From a virus: 64,000 bases of DNA. The stretch spans positions 1-64,000 of IMG/VR virus record IMGVR_UViG_3300042465_003746, one strand, 5' to 3'. Each line of letters begins with the position of its first letter. Within the stretch, counting starts at the first letter, position 1. Positions 17,382 through 26,950 of this stretch are shown here, in pieces. Both the position numbers and the translations under genes were made by a program. Under the pieces are notes generated by a model. The model was given only the letters and a program-made list of their open reading frames with translations. It ran no database searches and was not told the DNA's origin.

Positions 17382-18536
17382 TTATAACCACGTTAATTCT
17401 TCAGGTTTGTCCTCTATAACTATATCTTCTACTATTACTTCTTTAGGAACAAAATCTGCTACTCTTTCATTTGCATAATTAATATTTAATTTTTCTAGAA
17501 TTTCATTAGAAACTGTTATAGTTTTTACTTCAAAATAAAAAGTACCTCCTCTATTAGTCACTTCTTCTCCATAATTCTCGATTAAAATATCTAAAAACTC
17601 TTTAGTTAATACATCTTTATCAAGTAAACTTGCTACAATATTATCTAAAGAAGAATTAAGATATCTCTCTCCACTTTTTCCTAAATAAGATAATAAAGAT
17701 TTAAAATTAACATGATTCTTAGTATTACTAGCTTCCATAACATTAGAATGTTCCTTAAACAACATTTGCAAATAAAGCAAACTGTCCTTGTATCTACTAT
17801 TAGCCATAATCTCCATAGCAATAACATGATTATCTGTGTCAATACTAGAAAGCATCATAGTTAATTGCTTAAATACTTCATCATTAATTAGTATTGCATC
17901 TTCACCATTAAGTTTATCTACTAACCCTGCTTCATGAATAATCACTTTGTCAGTTAAAGATTTACTTACTTCGATATAATCAGGAAGAATTATGCTTAAA
18001 TATTGAGAAGATCTTTCATTTTTTACAGCTGACCCTGGATTTACTATAAAATCTTTATAATAACTAAGTTCCTCTCTAGCTAATAATTCTACCCCGTGCC
18101 AATCAAAATAAACAGACTCTCCTGTATAATGCTCAAGAGCTGTATCTACTTTTTCTGTATAATATTTATCTAAATCTACTTTTATAGCTTCATAACATTC
18201 TTTAAAAATTTCTGTAGGAACACTATAAAACCAATCAGTTTTACTTATCTTACCTTTAAAATTATTTCCTCCAAAAATATGAGTAGCATCTTCAATATCT
18301 TTTACAATTTTAATATTGTAATCTAAAGTAAGTTCTTTTAACTTTACTCTAGGAATATTTACTCCAGGAAGAAAAAATAACTTATCATTAATCCTAGGAA
18401 GATAATCTATTTTGCTTAATTTAAAACTATTAAGCTCATCAAGCCCCATTATGATAGAAGGGTTCATACATAATCCATGAATTTTACCGCTATCTACCCG
18501 ATCATATTCTATAGTTAACTTTAAATAATTTTCCAT
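17382..18536 (-). CDS. Hypothetical protein with possible BRCT-like segment; third gene of the MoxR/VWA module
   Basis: FFLPGVNIPRVKLKEL...IKIVKDIEDATHIF. Confidence 0.6.
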   Translation of the reverse strand: MENYLKLTIEYDRVDSGKIHGLCMNPSIIMGLDELNSFKLSKIDYLPRINDKLFFLPGVNIPRVKLKELTLDYNIKIVKDIEDATHIFGGNNFKGKISKTDWFYSVPTEIFKECYEAIKVDLDKYYTEKVDTALEHYTGESVYFDWHGVELLAREELSYYKDFIVNPGSAVKNERSSQYLSIILPDYIEVSKSLTDKVIIHEAGLVDKLNGEDAILINDEVFKQLTMMLSSIDTDNHVIAMEIMANSRYKDSLLYLQMLFKEHSNVMEASNTKNHVNFKSLLSYLGKSGERYLNSSLDNIVASLLDKDVLTKEFLDILIENYGEEVTNRGGTFYFEVKTITVSNEILEKLNINYANERVADFVPKEVIVEDIVIEDKPEELTWL

Positions 18537-18543
18537 ATTTTAT

Positions 18544-19713
18544 TTATTTTATGGCCATTTTAGCAACCACTGGGTTTAACATTAATTTACTAAACTTACT
18601 TTTATTACCGTTTAGTAATTCTTTAATAATATAATACTTCAAGTCATCTGTAAAAGAAGTACAAGTAGTAGAGATAATAGATAAGCGATCAATCATGTCT
18701 TGAGTAACACTTTTAGTTTCAGCATGCATCAAAGAATAATTGATTAGTCTAGTTGCTACAACACTCGAAATGTCTGCTCTAAATTCATCCTCTTCTCCTA
18801 TCATTTGCTTCAAAGTACTCAATACATATTTCTCCTCTTTTTCTAATATTTCTTCAGGAGAGATAATCTTATCTAATTTATTATTAATGAACATACTAAA
18901 TAAAGTAGAAACTTCTGCTCCAACACTACCTTCACCAATCATTTGAATTAATGGTAACTCATCTTCAAATTTAGAAATAGAACTAATAGAGTTAAAGAAA
19001 GTAGTCATAGCTCTTGGATTTACACTTTGAGTAACTACTTCAGGATTCATCAACATAAAATTAATACATCGACCATCTATCATAGACTTCTCTGCCCATT
19101 TTGCCCATACTTTCTCATTAAATTTTACTTCTACACTAATAAATCTAGTCTTCTGAGCAATATCTAATGCAGTAACATTATAATCTCCATTGTCAGGATT
19201 AGTAGTAAGGATAATATGCCAATTCTTTGGCAATTTCCAAGAAGCATAAGCTTGTTGATCAATTAGGGACATTGTTGCTTGCATGAATCTATGATCGGCC
19301 CGAGTATAATCATCCAGGATTAAAAATCCTCCTTCTCCTTTGCCTTGAATCCACTCAGGAGCTGCATGACTCATTCTTTTGTCTACTACTTTATACCCTT
19401 TTTGCGTAGCTGTTTCTATTTCTTGCTCAGTAATCCATAATACTTTTCCCTCAGCATTCTTAACTTTAAATTCCTTAATTGGAAAACCAATTAAATCACC
19501 TAATTCTTCGAATTCTGCCAAATTCAACATAATAACTTCCATATTATGCTCCTTAGCTAATTGCTTTATAGAAGAAGTTTTGCCAAGCCCCGCATCTCCT
19601 TCAACATTTACCGCTACAGGAACTTTTCCCTGTGCTTGAATATGTTGATTATTTTTAATAATATGGCCCATAAAGCCTTTTAATTCATCAATATTTAATT
19701 GTATTTGATTCAT
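18544..19713 (-). CDS. MoxR-like AAA+ ATPase
   Basis: Walker A GDAGLGKTS, DLIGFP, Walker B LILDD, TTNP, RF, NPR. Confidence 0.88.
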   Translation of the reverse strand: MNQIQLNIDELKGFMGHIIKNNQHIQAQGKVPVAVNVEGDAGLGKTSSIKQLAKEHNMEVIMLNLAEFEELGDLIGFPIKEFKVKNAEGKVLWITEQEIETATQKGYKVVDKRMSHAAPEWIQGKGEGGFLILDDYTRADHRFMQATMSLIDQQAYASWKLPKNWHIILTTNPDNGDYNVTALDIAQKTRFISVEVKFNEKVWAKWAEKSMIDGRCINFMLMNPEVVTQSVNPRAMTTFFNSISSISKFEDELPLIQMIGEGSVGAEVSTLFSMFINNKLDKIISPEEILEKEEKYVLSTLKQMIGEEDEFRADISSVVATRLINYSLMHAETKSVTQDMIDRLSIISTTCTSFTDDLKYYIIKELLNGNKSKFSKLMLNPVVAKMAIK

Positions 19714-19724
19714 ATAATTTCTTT

Positions 19725-21029
19725 TTAAAGTTCTAATTTGATTACTTTTCCTGGAAGTTTGGTATTTAATTCTGATCTTTCAGATATTACCCACAATATT
19801 TGTTTACTAGGTTTTAGATTAGTGGTACACTCACCATCGGTGAAGTATATTAAACTAGTAAATTGTCTGTTATCTTGGTAATACTTTAGAACAGGATCAA
19901 AATCTGTACCTCCTCTGCCTAATACTCCTAATTCAAAATTACCTTTATACTCTACAATACTCCTAATATGAGTATCACATTGAATTATGGTAACATCTAC
20001 TCCTGCATTATAGATATGATAAATCTCATTCATAAATTCTTTGAGTTCATCTTCTACAACACTTCCAGAAGTATCAATAGCTAATAGCATCTTTTGGCGC
20101 ATTTTAATCTTTATACCAGGATTATCGGAAAATCTTATATTTTCTTTACGTCTAGTTTTCTTAGTAAATATTTTAGTACTAACTCCCGTAAATCTTTTAA
20201 TATAACCTCTCCAATTAAATTTAGGCTTAACGATTTCTTCTAATAGAATCTTATCCTCCATTTCTCCAGGAATTTTCCCACGAGTCTTTAAAGTCTGTTC
20301 TTTAGCAGAATTCATTATTCTTTGCACTTGCTTATCAATAAGCTTTTGCTCTGCTTCTGTTAAGTCTTCGAATTCTTCCCAAGTACTATGATCGGGTAAG
20401 CCGTCACCTCCGCTATCCATTTGATCAGATAATTTATCAAATGCATCACTTCCACTTGTGCCTGTTTTATCCTTATCATCTTTAGCCTTTAGAAGCTTTT
20501 CATAATAATATCTACAACCTGCTTTTCTATCAAGATCTAATTCTTCATAATCATCAATCATAATTCCTCTAAAAGGAATTTTACTAGCAATTGCTTTTAT
20601 TTCTTCTATAGGAGCATCTCTTTCTCTGGCTGCAGCTATTTCAATTTGAACTTCTTCTTTGATAGCATTAACCTCTTCTTTAGTATAATTTCCTCCAGGA
20701 AGCCAAGAATTATCAATATATTGATTGATTTCCATATCCATAGCTATATTAGCCATCTTTCTATCACTAAACGAAAAGAACACACTTAAATGCCCAAATG
20801 CGATATGAAGAAGTTCGTGCTTTAATAATCCCAGCCTATGATCTTCAGATAACTCTTCCCAAAAAGTAGGATTTATAGCCAATTGATAATTGATACCGTT
20901 TTTACTAACGCCAGCCGTTGGCAATCTTTCACTCCAAACCTTATTTAGTGCAATCAAAAAAAGCCCGTAATAGGGCTCTTGTAACATCAGATTTTTACTA
21001 GTCTTACCTAATGTGTCTACCTTATTCAT
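19725..21029 (-). CDS. Metallopeptidase + VWA domain protein (DUF2201-like)
   Basis: HELLH zincin motif; MIDAS DTSGS; GGTDF; YFTDG. Confidence 0.9.
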   Translation of the reverse strand: MNKVDTLGKTSKNLMLQEPYYGLFLIALNKVWSERLPTAGVSKNGINYQLAINPTFWEELSEDHRLGLLKHELLHIAFGHLSVFFSFSDRKMANIAMDMEINQYIDNSWLPGGNYTKEEVNAIKEEVQIEIAAARERDAPIEEIKAIASKIPFRGIMIDDYEELDLDRKAGCRYYYEKLLKAKDDKDKTGTSGSDAFDKLSDQMDSGGDGLPDHSTWEEFEDLTEAEQKLIDKQVQRIMNSAKEQTLKTRGKIPGEMEDKILLEEIVKPKFNWRGYIKRFTGVSTKIFTKKTRRKENIRFSDNPGIKIKMRQKMLLAIDTSGSVVEDELKEFMNEIYHIYNAGVDVTIIQCDTHIRSIVEYKGNFELGVLGRGGTDFDPVLKYYQDNRQFTSLIYFTDGECTTNLKPSKQILWVISERSELNTKLPGKVIKLEL

Positions 21030-21040
21030 AGTAATGCAAT

Positions 21041-21427
21041 TTAACTAGCATATTTCCATTTAAATCCTCCTGCTGTACCTTTATCTTTTTTTAAACATCT
21101 GTTAATGTTATTGTATTCTACATTATTTTTTTCAGCTGCTATTGTACCATTTTCATAAGTACAAATAAAAGTTTCTTTGTAATATTTTGATACAGGTAAA
21201 AGAGAAGTTTTTCCTGGTATATTTGTTAAATCGCCAATTCTTTTAGCAACTTTAGCAGTATCAGAATATTTTCTAAATTGCATATTAATTGTTTTAAGAT
21301 TATGTCCTATTACACAATTATATATACTTGAGTTCGGTGCGTTTAATCGTAGTTCTAAATCTAGAATTGTGTCTACTTCAAATATTTCTAGTAAATGCCC
21401 CTCTAAATCATACATTGCTATTTTCAT
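21041..21427 (-). CDS. Tandem NUMOD1-type DNA-binding protein without a nuclease domain
   Basis: MYDLEGHLLEIFE...SSIYNC and NINRCLK...TAGGFKWKY; no HNH or GIY-YIG motif. Confidence 0.7.
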   Translation of the reverse strand: MKIAMYDLEGHLLEIFEVDTILDLELRLNAPNSSIYNCVIGHNLKTINMQFRKYSDTAKVAKRIGDLTNIPGKTSLLPVSKYYKETFICTYENGTIAAEKNNVEYNNINRCLKKDKGTAGGFKWKYAS

Positions 21428-22425
21428 AATTTTTTTATTTTATTTTTAAAAATTTCTACAGCTTTGTCCCTACCAACTACTTTAACTAAATCACTGAAAT
21501 CAGTTACTTTAGGTAATTCGGGGACAAAGAAATGTGGTATATTAAACCTAGCAGTAAAACTTTCTGAAAGTTTTTTACCAGCTTTATCATTGTCAAATAG
21601 ACAAATTACTTTAGAAAATCTAGATTTATATTCATCCATTACAGAATCCTTCATCATTACACTCTCTGATTGAAGTCCTATAGCTGTTAATCCTAAACAG
21701 TCATATATACTCATCACATCTTTTAAAGACTTTGTAATAATTAATAAGTCACCTGATTTAGGCAATTGAGTATAACCCTGATGTACAGAATAATCTGCAT
21801 TATTAATCCACTTCTTTACTTTATCTTCAAATGGTTGATAAACTTTATAACTTACTCTATCATCTTTAAGTTCTACGTAAGCATAAGCATATTCAGCAGT
21901 ATTAACTGCTGTATCATTATAAAATACATAACTAATAGGATGTACATTAAACTTTGCCAAAGTAGATTTCTTAATTCCAAAGCTAGACCAATAATCTTTA
22001 TCTTTATTGAGCCATGGACGAGTTTTAATTCCTAATTTAATCCTTTCCTTTTCTACTATTCTTGTATAGTTCACTTCTTGTTTAGTAGTATCTACAGTAA
22101 ATGCAGATAACCCCATATCGTAAGCTATTTTCTTTAAAGCTTCTGGATATCGAATATTAAATAACTTCATCACAAGAACTACAAAATCACCACAATCATG
22201 CGTAGCAAAATCTTTGAACATTAAGATATTTCTATCAATTTTATGAAAATATAGAGCAAAAGAAGGAATACTATCTTCTCGTAAAGGACTATTAAATACT
22301 CCTAGACTTCTAACATCTTCTCCCAGATATTTTTCATAAATATCTTCTTGGGTTACATGTTTTAGAATATCTTCTCTAGTAATTTGACTATTAAAAATAA
22401 TAGAATTTAAATTTATTTCTTTCAT
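21424..22425 (-). CDS. DNA primase (Toprim, crAss-type)
   Basis: SPLREDSIPSF, FKDF, ITKSLKDVM, LFDNDKAG, DFSD. Confidence 0.88.
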   Translation of the reverse strand: MKEINLNSIIFNSQITREDILKHVTQEDIYEKYLGEDVRSLGVFNSPLREDSIPSFALYFHKIDRNILMFKDFATHDCGDFVVLVMKLFNIRYPEALKKIAYDMGLSAFTVDTTKQEVNYTRIVEKERIKLGIKTRPWLNKDKDYWSSFGIKKSTLAKFNVHPISYVFYNDTAVNTAEYAYAYVELKDDRVSYKVYQPFEDKVKKWINNADYSVHQGYTQLPKSGDLLIITKSLKDVMSIYDCLGLTAIGLQSESVMMKDSVMDEYKSRFSKVICLFDNDKAGKKLSESFTARFNIPHFFVPELPKVTDFSDLVKVVGRDKAVEIFKNKIKKL

Positions 22426-22462
22426 AAAAAAAAATTAGAGAGGGACACCAATGCCCCTCTCT
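22426..22462 (-). terminator. Intrinsic terminator after the SSB gene
   Basis: AGAGAGGG/CCCTCTCT stem followed on the minus strand by a T9 run. Confidence 0.75.
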
Positions 22463-22490
22463 GTAGAGTAAACGGTAAATTAATTATTTT

Positions 22491-23090
22491 TTACCACTCA
22501 TCACCTGCTACAAGATCGTTAGCATTTGCTGCTCCCGTAGAAGTAACAAATGAATCTTCTTGTACTCTAGCCATTGCATCTAAGTCACCTGCTTTTAAAC
22601 GAGTGTCTGCTAATGTAACAGTCATCGGCTCCATAAATGGAACCCAAGTACGAGGTTGGATATATTTTTTAATACTAGTTTTTACACCGTAGTTAGCAAA
22701 TATACGGAATTTTAATCCTGATTGTAATCCGTCACGAATAAGTTTCATACAACCGTCCAATAATTCTGTAGAAGAAGTAAATCCTCCTGGAAATTGGAAA
22801 TTAGCACCATAGATAGCATGAATTACATGCTTAAGTACTTTACCTTGCTTTTGTACTTGATCATCTACAGTAGCATACTCAGTAGGAGCAGTTACATACC
22901 AAAAAGAAGAATTACAAGAACCACCTTTATCATCAGTAAAAGTTAACTTATAATCAGGAGAATTAGGCTTATCTTCTGCCTTTTTCTTCTGTACAGTCAT
23001 TGAGATGTTTTCAGCTATTCCTGCATTTCCTCCGTTGAAAATTACTGCTCCTTCTTTTGCATCAAAAGATGCGTCATTTAAATTATACAT
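22491..23090 (-). CDS. Putative single-stranded DNA-binding protein
   Basis: Beta-rich, acidic tail ending in Trp (AGDEW); lies between the AAA_24 ATPase and primase. Confidence 0.6.
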   Translation of the reverse strand: MYNLNDASFDAKEGAVIFNGGNAGIAENISMTVQKKKAEDKPNSPDYKLTFTDDKGGSCNSSFWYVTAPTEYATVDDQVQKQGKVLKHVIHAIYGANFQFPGGFTSSTELLDGCMKLIRDGLQSGLKFRIFANYGVKTSIKKYIQPRTWVPFMEPMTVTLADTRLKAGDLDAMARVQEDSFVTSTGAANANDLVAGDEW

Positions 23091-23130
23091 ATTGATTATT
23101 TATTTAAGATTATTTAAAAATTACTATTAA

Positions 23131-23730
23131 TTACCATTGGTCTTCTTCAGACTCTTCTTCTGCTTCTTCTGCTTCTTCAAGAGTTTCTTCTAAAATAGAA
23201 TCATCTACTTCCATAGAAGTATCTGCCATTTCGTATAAAGCACCTCCTTCAGGTGTTGCAGGGATAGAACTTAAATCAGCATCTAAATCTTCTTCATCAG
23301 ATACTTCTCCTACATGCATTGCTACAAATTCTACAGCTTCTTCAACTTCTTGACGTAAAGTCATTTCAAAGTAAGAACCATCTGCTATTTCTACTACATC
23401 AAAATCTGATTCAACATCAGTATTTAATTTTAATCTTTTTGCAATAAACTCATAAGTCTTCTTATCACTAAGAGAACAAGTCTTTGTTAATTGAAAACCT
23501 TCTTCTCCATTAGCTTTACGCAAATAGATATGAGCACCGTCTCCTGTAAATCCGAAACTAATTCTATCTTCTCCTTGAATACCTAATAATTCTTGAGTAG
23601 CTCTATTGAAAGTAAACTTACGACCTGCTCCTTTCTCTACGATTGCAGACATTGTTACTACAGCAGTTGAATACTTCTCTTCTCTTCTTTTTCTTTGTGC
23701 AGGAACTTCTCCCCAAATAATGTTTTCCAT
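23131..23730 (-). CDS. Protein with very acidic C-terminal tail
   Basis: C-terminal ~70 aa dominated by E/D, ending EEDQW. Confidence 0.75.
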   Translation of the reverse strand: MENIIWGEVPAQRKRREEKYSTAVVTMSAIVEKGAGRKFTFNRATQELLGIQGEDRISFGFTGDGAHIYLRKANGEEGFQLTKTCSLSDKKTYEFIAKRLKLNTDVESDFDVVEIADGSYFEMTLRQEVEEAVEFVAMHVGEVSDEEDLDADLSSIPATPEGGALYEMADTSMEVDDSILEETLEEAEEAEEESEEDQW

Positions 23731-23744
23731 GTTTTTACTTTTTT

Positions 23745-24419
23745 TTAAATTGAATAATAATCTCTAATTGCATCATTTACTATAACTAAATCATTAGCAA
23801 TAGTGTTTTCCTCGAACATCTCCAATGGAGTTTTACAAGTATCAGAACCTGATGACACAGTTCTAAATACATGTTGATTCGGTTGTCCAGGTGTTTTAAT
23901 AATCTCTGCATAAAGTACGATAGTACTAAATGATTCAGGCACAAAACGCTCAAGCATCTTGCCCTGTACGCCTATACGCTCACTTGCAAAACCTGCTTCA
24001 TCATAATGAATATCTGGATGTGCAAATAAATAAACTATAATGTCCTCCCGCATTGTATCATTAATATAATTAATAAGGTCATACTGCGCTGCGGCCATCT
24101 TAGTCCATTTGTCGAATCCTTTCTCTGCTCTAAATGAAGGATTCATAATAGCATCAGTCATAATTCTTGACCAAGTATCTATTATTATTGTTTTAACTTG
24201 TGGTAATGCGTTTACTTTACTTAAAGTTGCGATTACAATGTTTACATCAGAAGTCTTACGATAATTCCGTTTATCTTCATTGTATTTCAAGTTAAATTGC
24301 TTAAACGGAAGAGCCTTTTGATCCGTATTAATAATAACTGTTTCGTCAGGATTTAGGTTCCGTAACGAGGTAGATTTCCCCATCCCTGATCTTCCGACCA
24401 CGAATATTAATTGAGCCAT
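23745..24419 (-). CDS. AAA_24/Sak4-like ATPase
   Basis: GRSGMGKST, IIIDT, FAH, KTP..MF. Confidence 0.85.
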   Translation of the reverse strand: MAQLIFVVGRSGMGKSTSLRNLNPDETVIINTDQKALPFKQFNLKYNEDKRNYRKTSDVNIVIATLSKVNALPQVKTIIIDTWSRIMTDAIMNPSFRAEKGFDKWTKMAAAQYDLINYINDTMREDIIVYLFAHPDIHYDEAGFASERIGVQGKMLERFVPESFSTIVLYAEIIKTPGQPNQHVFRTVSSGSDTCKTPLEMFEENTIANDLVIVNDAIRDYYSI

Positions 24420-24464
24420 AAATAAATTGTTTTTGATTGTTTATACCTAATAAAGATACGAAAT

Positions 24465-24728
24465 TTAACTAAATTGTGCAACTTCTTCTACTACTTTTAT
24501 AGACCCAGCATCCCTGTTTATTGCTAGCCATTCTTTGGCTCTACTGACATCATCGTCTGTATGCTGTGGTTCTTTAAGTAGTTCAAAGTAAATACCTTTA
24601 GTATCTATTTGTACTTTATAAAATAATACTTTTCTTGCTTGTTCAGCAGCTTCTTCATAATCTAATGAAGGAATTCTTCCAGCAATACCATCAGGTTTGC
24701 CCCATTGTTCATACATTACTCTCGTCAT
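24465..24728 (-). CDS. Hypothetical protein
   Basis: 87-aa ORF, ATGA-coupled to the upstream gene. Confidence 0.7.
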   Translation of the reverse strand: MTRVMYEQWGKPDGIAGRIPSLDYEEAAEQARKVLFYKVQIDTKGIYFELLKEPQHTDDDVSRAKEWLAINRDAGSIKVVEEVAQFS

Positions 24729-25048
24729 GATAAATCTTGTATTTGTTTCTTTACTTCATCTTGTTTCTGCCCCTTTCTTTTCTTGTAACTAACTCCTCTT
24801 AAATGAGGGTGTTCTTCTTGTACTTTACGTGAGGCTCTTCCAAAAGAATCTAAGTAAGGAATTACACGCTGTTCCATATCTTTTAGAGAATCTTTAAATG
24901 ATCTACTAGTATCATACCCTATTTCCAAGAGATAATGATAATACAATCTTTCATTGGAATCTCTGAGTTCAGGATGAATACTTAACTTATTTTTTACCCA
25001 TTCATACTTGTCCTTTATCATTGTGTAAAGTTTTATAATATTCATCAA
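24725..25048 (-). CDS. Hypothetical phage protein
   Basis: HPELRDSNERL...RASRKVQEEHPHLRG; start codon uncertain. Confidence 0.7.
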   Translation of the reverse strand: MMNIIKLYTMIKDKYEWVKNKLSIHPELRDSNERLYYHYLLEIGYDTSRSFKDSLKDMEQRVIPYLDSFGRASRKVQEEHPHLRGVSYKKRKGQKQDEVKKQIQDLS

Positions 25049-26090
25049 TCCTCCTTAATTCCTCTGGTTTACCTTGTATCTCTTCTGCTTTAGGTAATTG
25101 ATAATAACCCCCAATCTCTCCTATAAAAAGAAAGCTTGCTAAAAGATTTACATCACCATCTCTATTCTTACATAGTTTAGCTAATCTGTAACGATTCTTA
25201 TACTTAGTAATATCAAATCCTAGGCACTTATCTACTCCAAAATAAAAAGGAGCAGCTAGTCCTATAACAGTATTTGCATCTTCGGCAAGATTAGAGGTAT
25301 TCTTAATATCACTCAGCATCGGCATCCAGTTTTCATTCTCTCGTCTATCCATTTGTTCCGAAGACCTATTGATTTGCACAATAGGCACAGGACTAAAATT
25401 GAACATATTACGAAAGAATACTAACGTTTTAGAGATTTTATCAATCGCCTCTTTTAAACTCCCATATTTTCCTAAGTCTACTAGTCCTACGTGGTCTATT
25501 ACTATTAAAGTTATTAAACTAGGATTATTAGGGACATAATCGACAATTAAACCGTCATCATTTCTAATGACTTTGCCTCTATTTTCTGCATACCCTATTA
25601 AATCTTTGTATAAGAAATCAGGATTCAAACTACTACGATAATGAAGATACTTATTTTGAATTTCTTGCATCTTCTCTTCGTAATAGGGAATTAGTTCTTC
25701 TACTTCAGGTCTAATAGTTAGATTACCTCTTGATAATATCTCGTCCAAAGAAGTTAATATACCGTGCTCTCGCCAAATTAAACCTGCAATATGCTTGGCA
25801 ATTTGATTCTCAGGAGGTATTTCTAGAGAATAATAAATAATCTCTACATCATGAATGTAGTTAGGATTAGCTTGTAAAAATTCTATAGCCCCATAAACAT
25901 AAGCAGAATTAACAAAACTAGTTTTACCTACACCTGGACCTGCAAAAATTAAATCATAGCGACCTTGTTGAATATTCTTAACATGATTACTTAAGGTAGT
26001 AAAACCTTGAAAAGGGATACCTGTATTTAAACCTTGTTTACCTCTGTTAATATTATTCTTTAGTCTGTCCCAATACCGTATTTTTGCCAT
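25002..26090 (-). CDS. dnaB: DnaB-like replicative helicase (ATPase domain only)
   Basis: AGPGVGKTS, YSLE, VIDH, QINR, P.LSD, KNRDG. Confidence 0.88.
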   Translation of the reverse strand: MAKIRYWDRLKNNINRGKQGLNTGIPFQGFTTLSNHVKNIQQGRYDLIFAGPGVGKTSFVNSAYVYGAIEFLQANPNYIHDVEIIYYSLEIPPENQIAKHIAGLIWREHGILTSLDEILSRGNLTIRPEVEELIPYYEEKMQEIQNKYLHYRSSLNPDFLYKDLIGYAENRGKVIRNDDGLIVDYVPNNPSLITLIVIDHVGLVDLGKYGSLKEAIDKISKTLVFFRNMFNFSPVPIVQINRSSEQMDRRENENWMPMLSDIKNTSNLAEDANTVIGLAAPFYFGVDKCLGFDITKYKNRYRLAKLCKNRDGDVNLLASFLFIGEIGGYYQLPKAEEIQGKPEELRRIDEYYKTLHNDKGQV

Positions 26091-26373
26091 TTTGTAAAAT
26101 TTTAGTTACTGTTTCTATTTCTTCTAGAATATCTTGTGAATTTTGTCTAGTTAACCAAGTAATATTAGATCTTAAAACTATAATAGCATACTGAGGATCA
26201 TAATTTTCAACAGTTCTTCCATTTAATAAATCTAAAGATTTTTCAAGAGAATCTAGTTTAGGCTGTAACATATTACATAATTGATAAATGTTCTTTCCCA
26301 GTTTAAGTAAATGAGTTAAATTAGCAAAATCTTTTTTAAAAACAGAAATACTAAATTCTAATGAATTTTCCAT
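26053..26373 (-). CDS. Hypothetical protein
   Basis: 106-aa ORF in operon. Confidence 0.6.
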   Translation of the reverse strand: MENSLEFSISVFKKDFANLTHLLKLGKNIYQLCNMLQPKLDSLEKSLDLLNGRTVENYDPQYAIIVLRSNITWLTRQNSQDILEEIETVTKILQNGKNTVLGQTKE

Positions 26374-26383
26374 AAATATTTAA

Positions 26384-26950
26384 TTAAATTGTGTCATTAT
26401 TCCATTCTTTTTCTTCTGTACCTCCTTCTTGGATAAATACACTCCATTGCTCCCACATACTATTATTCATTACTGTTTCCATATTGGGTAAAAAGGATAG
26501 TTTATTAGCTCTCTTTTGCTGCGCTATAAAGGCTTCAATAGATGCTACAGCTAATTCGTGTTGTTCCGTAGTTTTAACTCTTGCTAAGTACTTCTTTTCA
26601 TGCTTTTCTGCTATTTGTGTAGTAGGACCTGCTGCTCTAAGAACTCTAGGGCCAACCTTTACAGGATAACAATTATAGAATTCCCAGAAATTAATAACAT
26701 CACTACGTATTTCAAATAGTTTTTCTACTGCTTTATTACTCACAATAGTTTCAGTGAATTTTACAGTATGATGACTTAATATATACCCAGTAGTTACTAT
26801 TAGTTTATTTCTAAGATTTATAGAATTAGTCTTACCAAATATTTCTGCAATATTATCAAACTTCTTATAATATAAAAGCTGTAACATCACTAGAGCATCA
26901 GGAGATAACCCAGACTTTTTAAGTAAAGCTAAGTTTAGTTTTATATCCAT
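26384..26950 (-). CDS. Putative replication initiator/replisome organiser
   Basis: FWEFYNCYPVK motif; located between the two helicases. Confidence 0.55.
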   Translation of the reverse strand: MDIKLNLALLKKSGLSPDALVMLQLLYYKKFDNIAEIFGKTNSINLRNKLIVTTGYILSHHTVKFTETIVSNKAVEKLFEIRSDVINFWEFYNCYPVKVGPRVLRAAGPTTQIAEKHEKKYLARVKTTEQHELAVASIEAFIAQQKRANKLSFLPNMETVMNNSMWEQWSVFIQEGGTEEKEWNNDTI

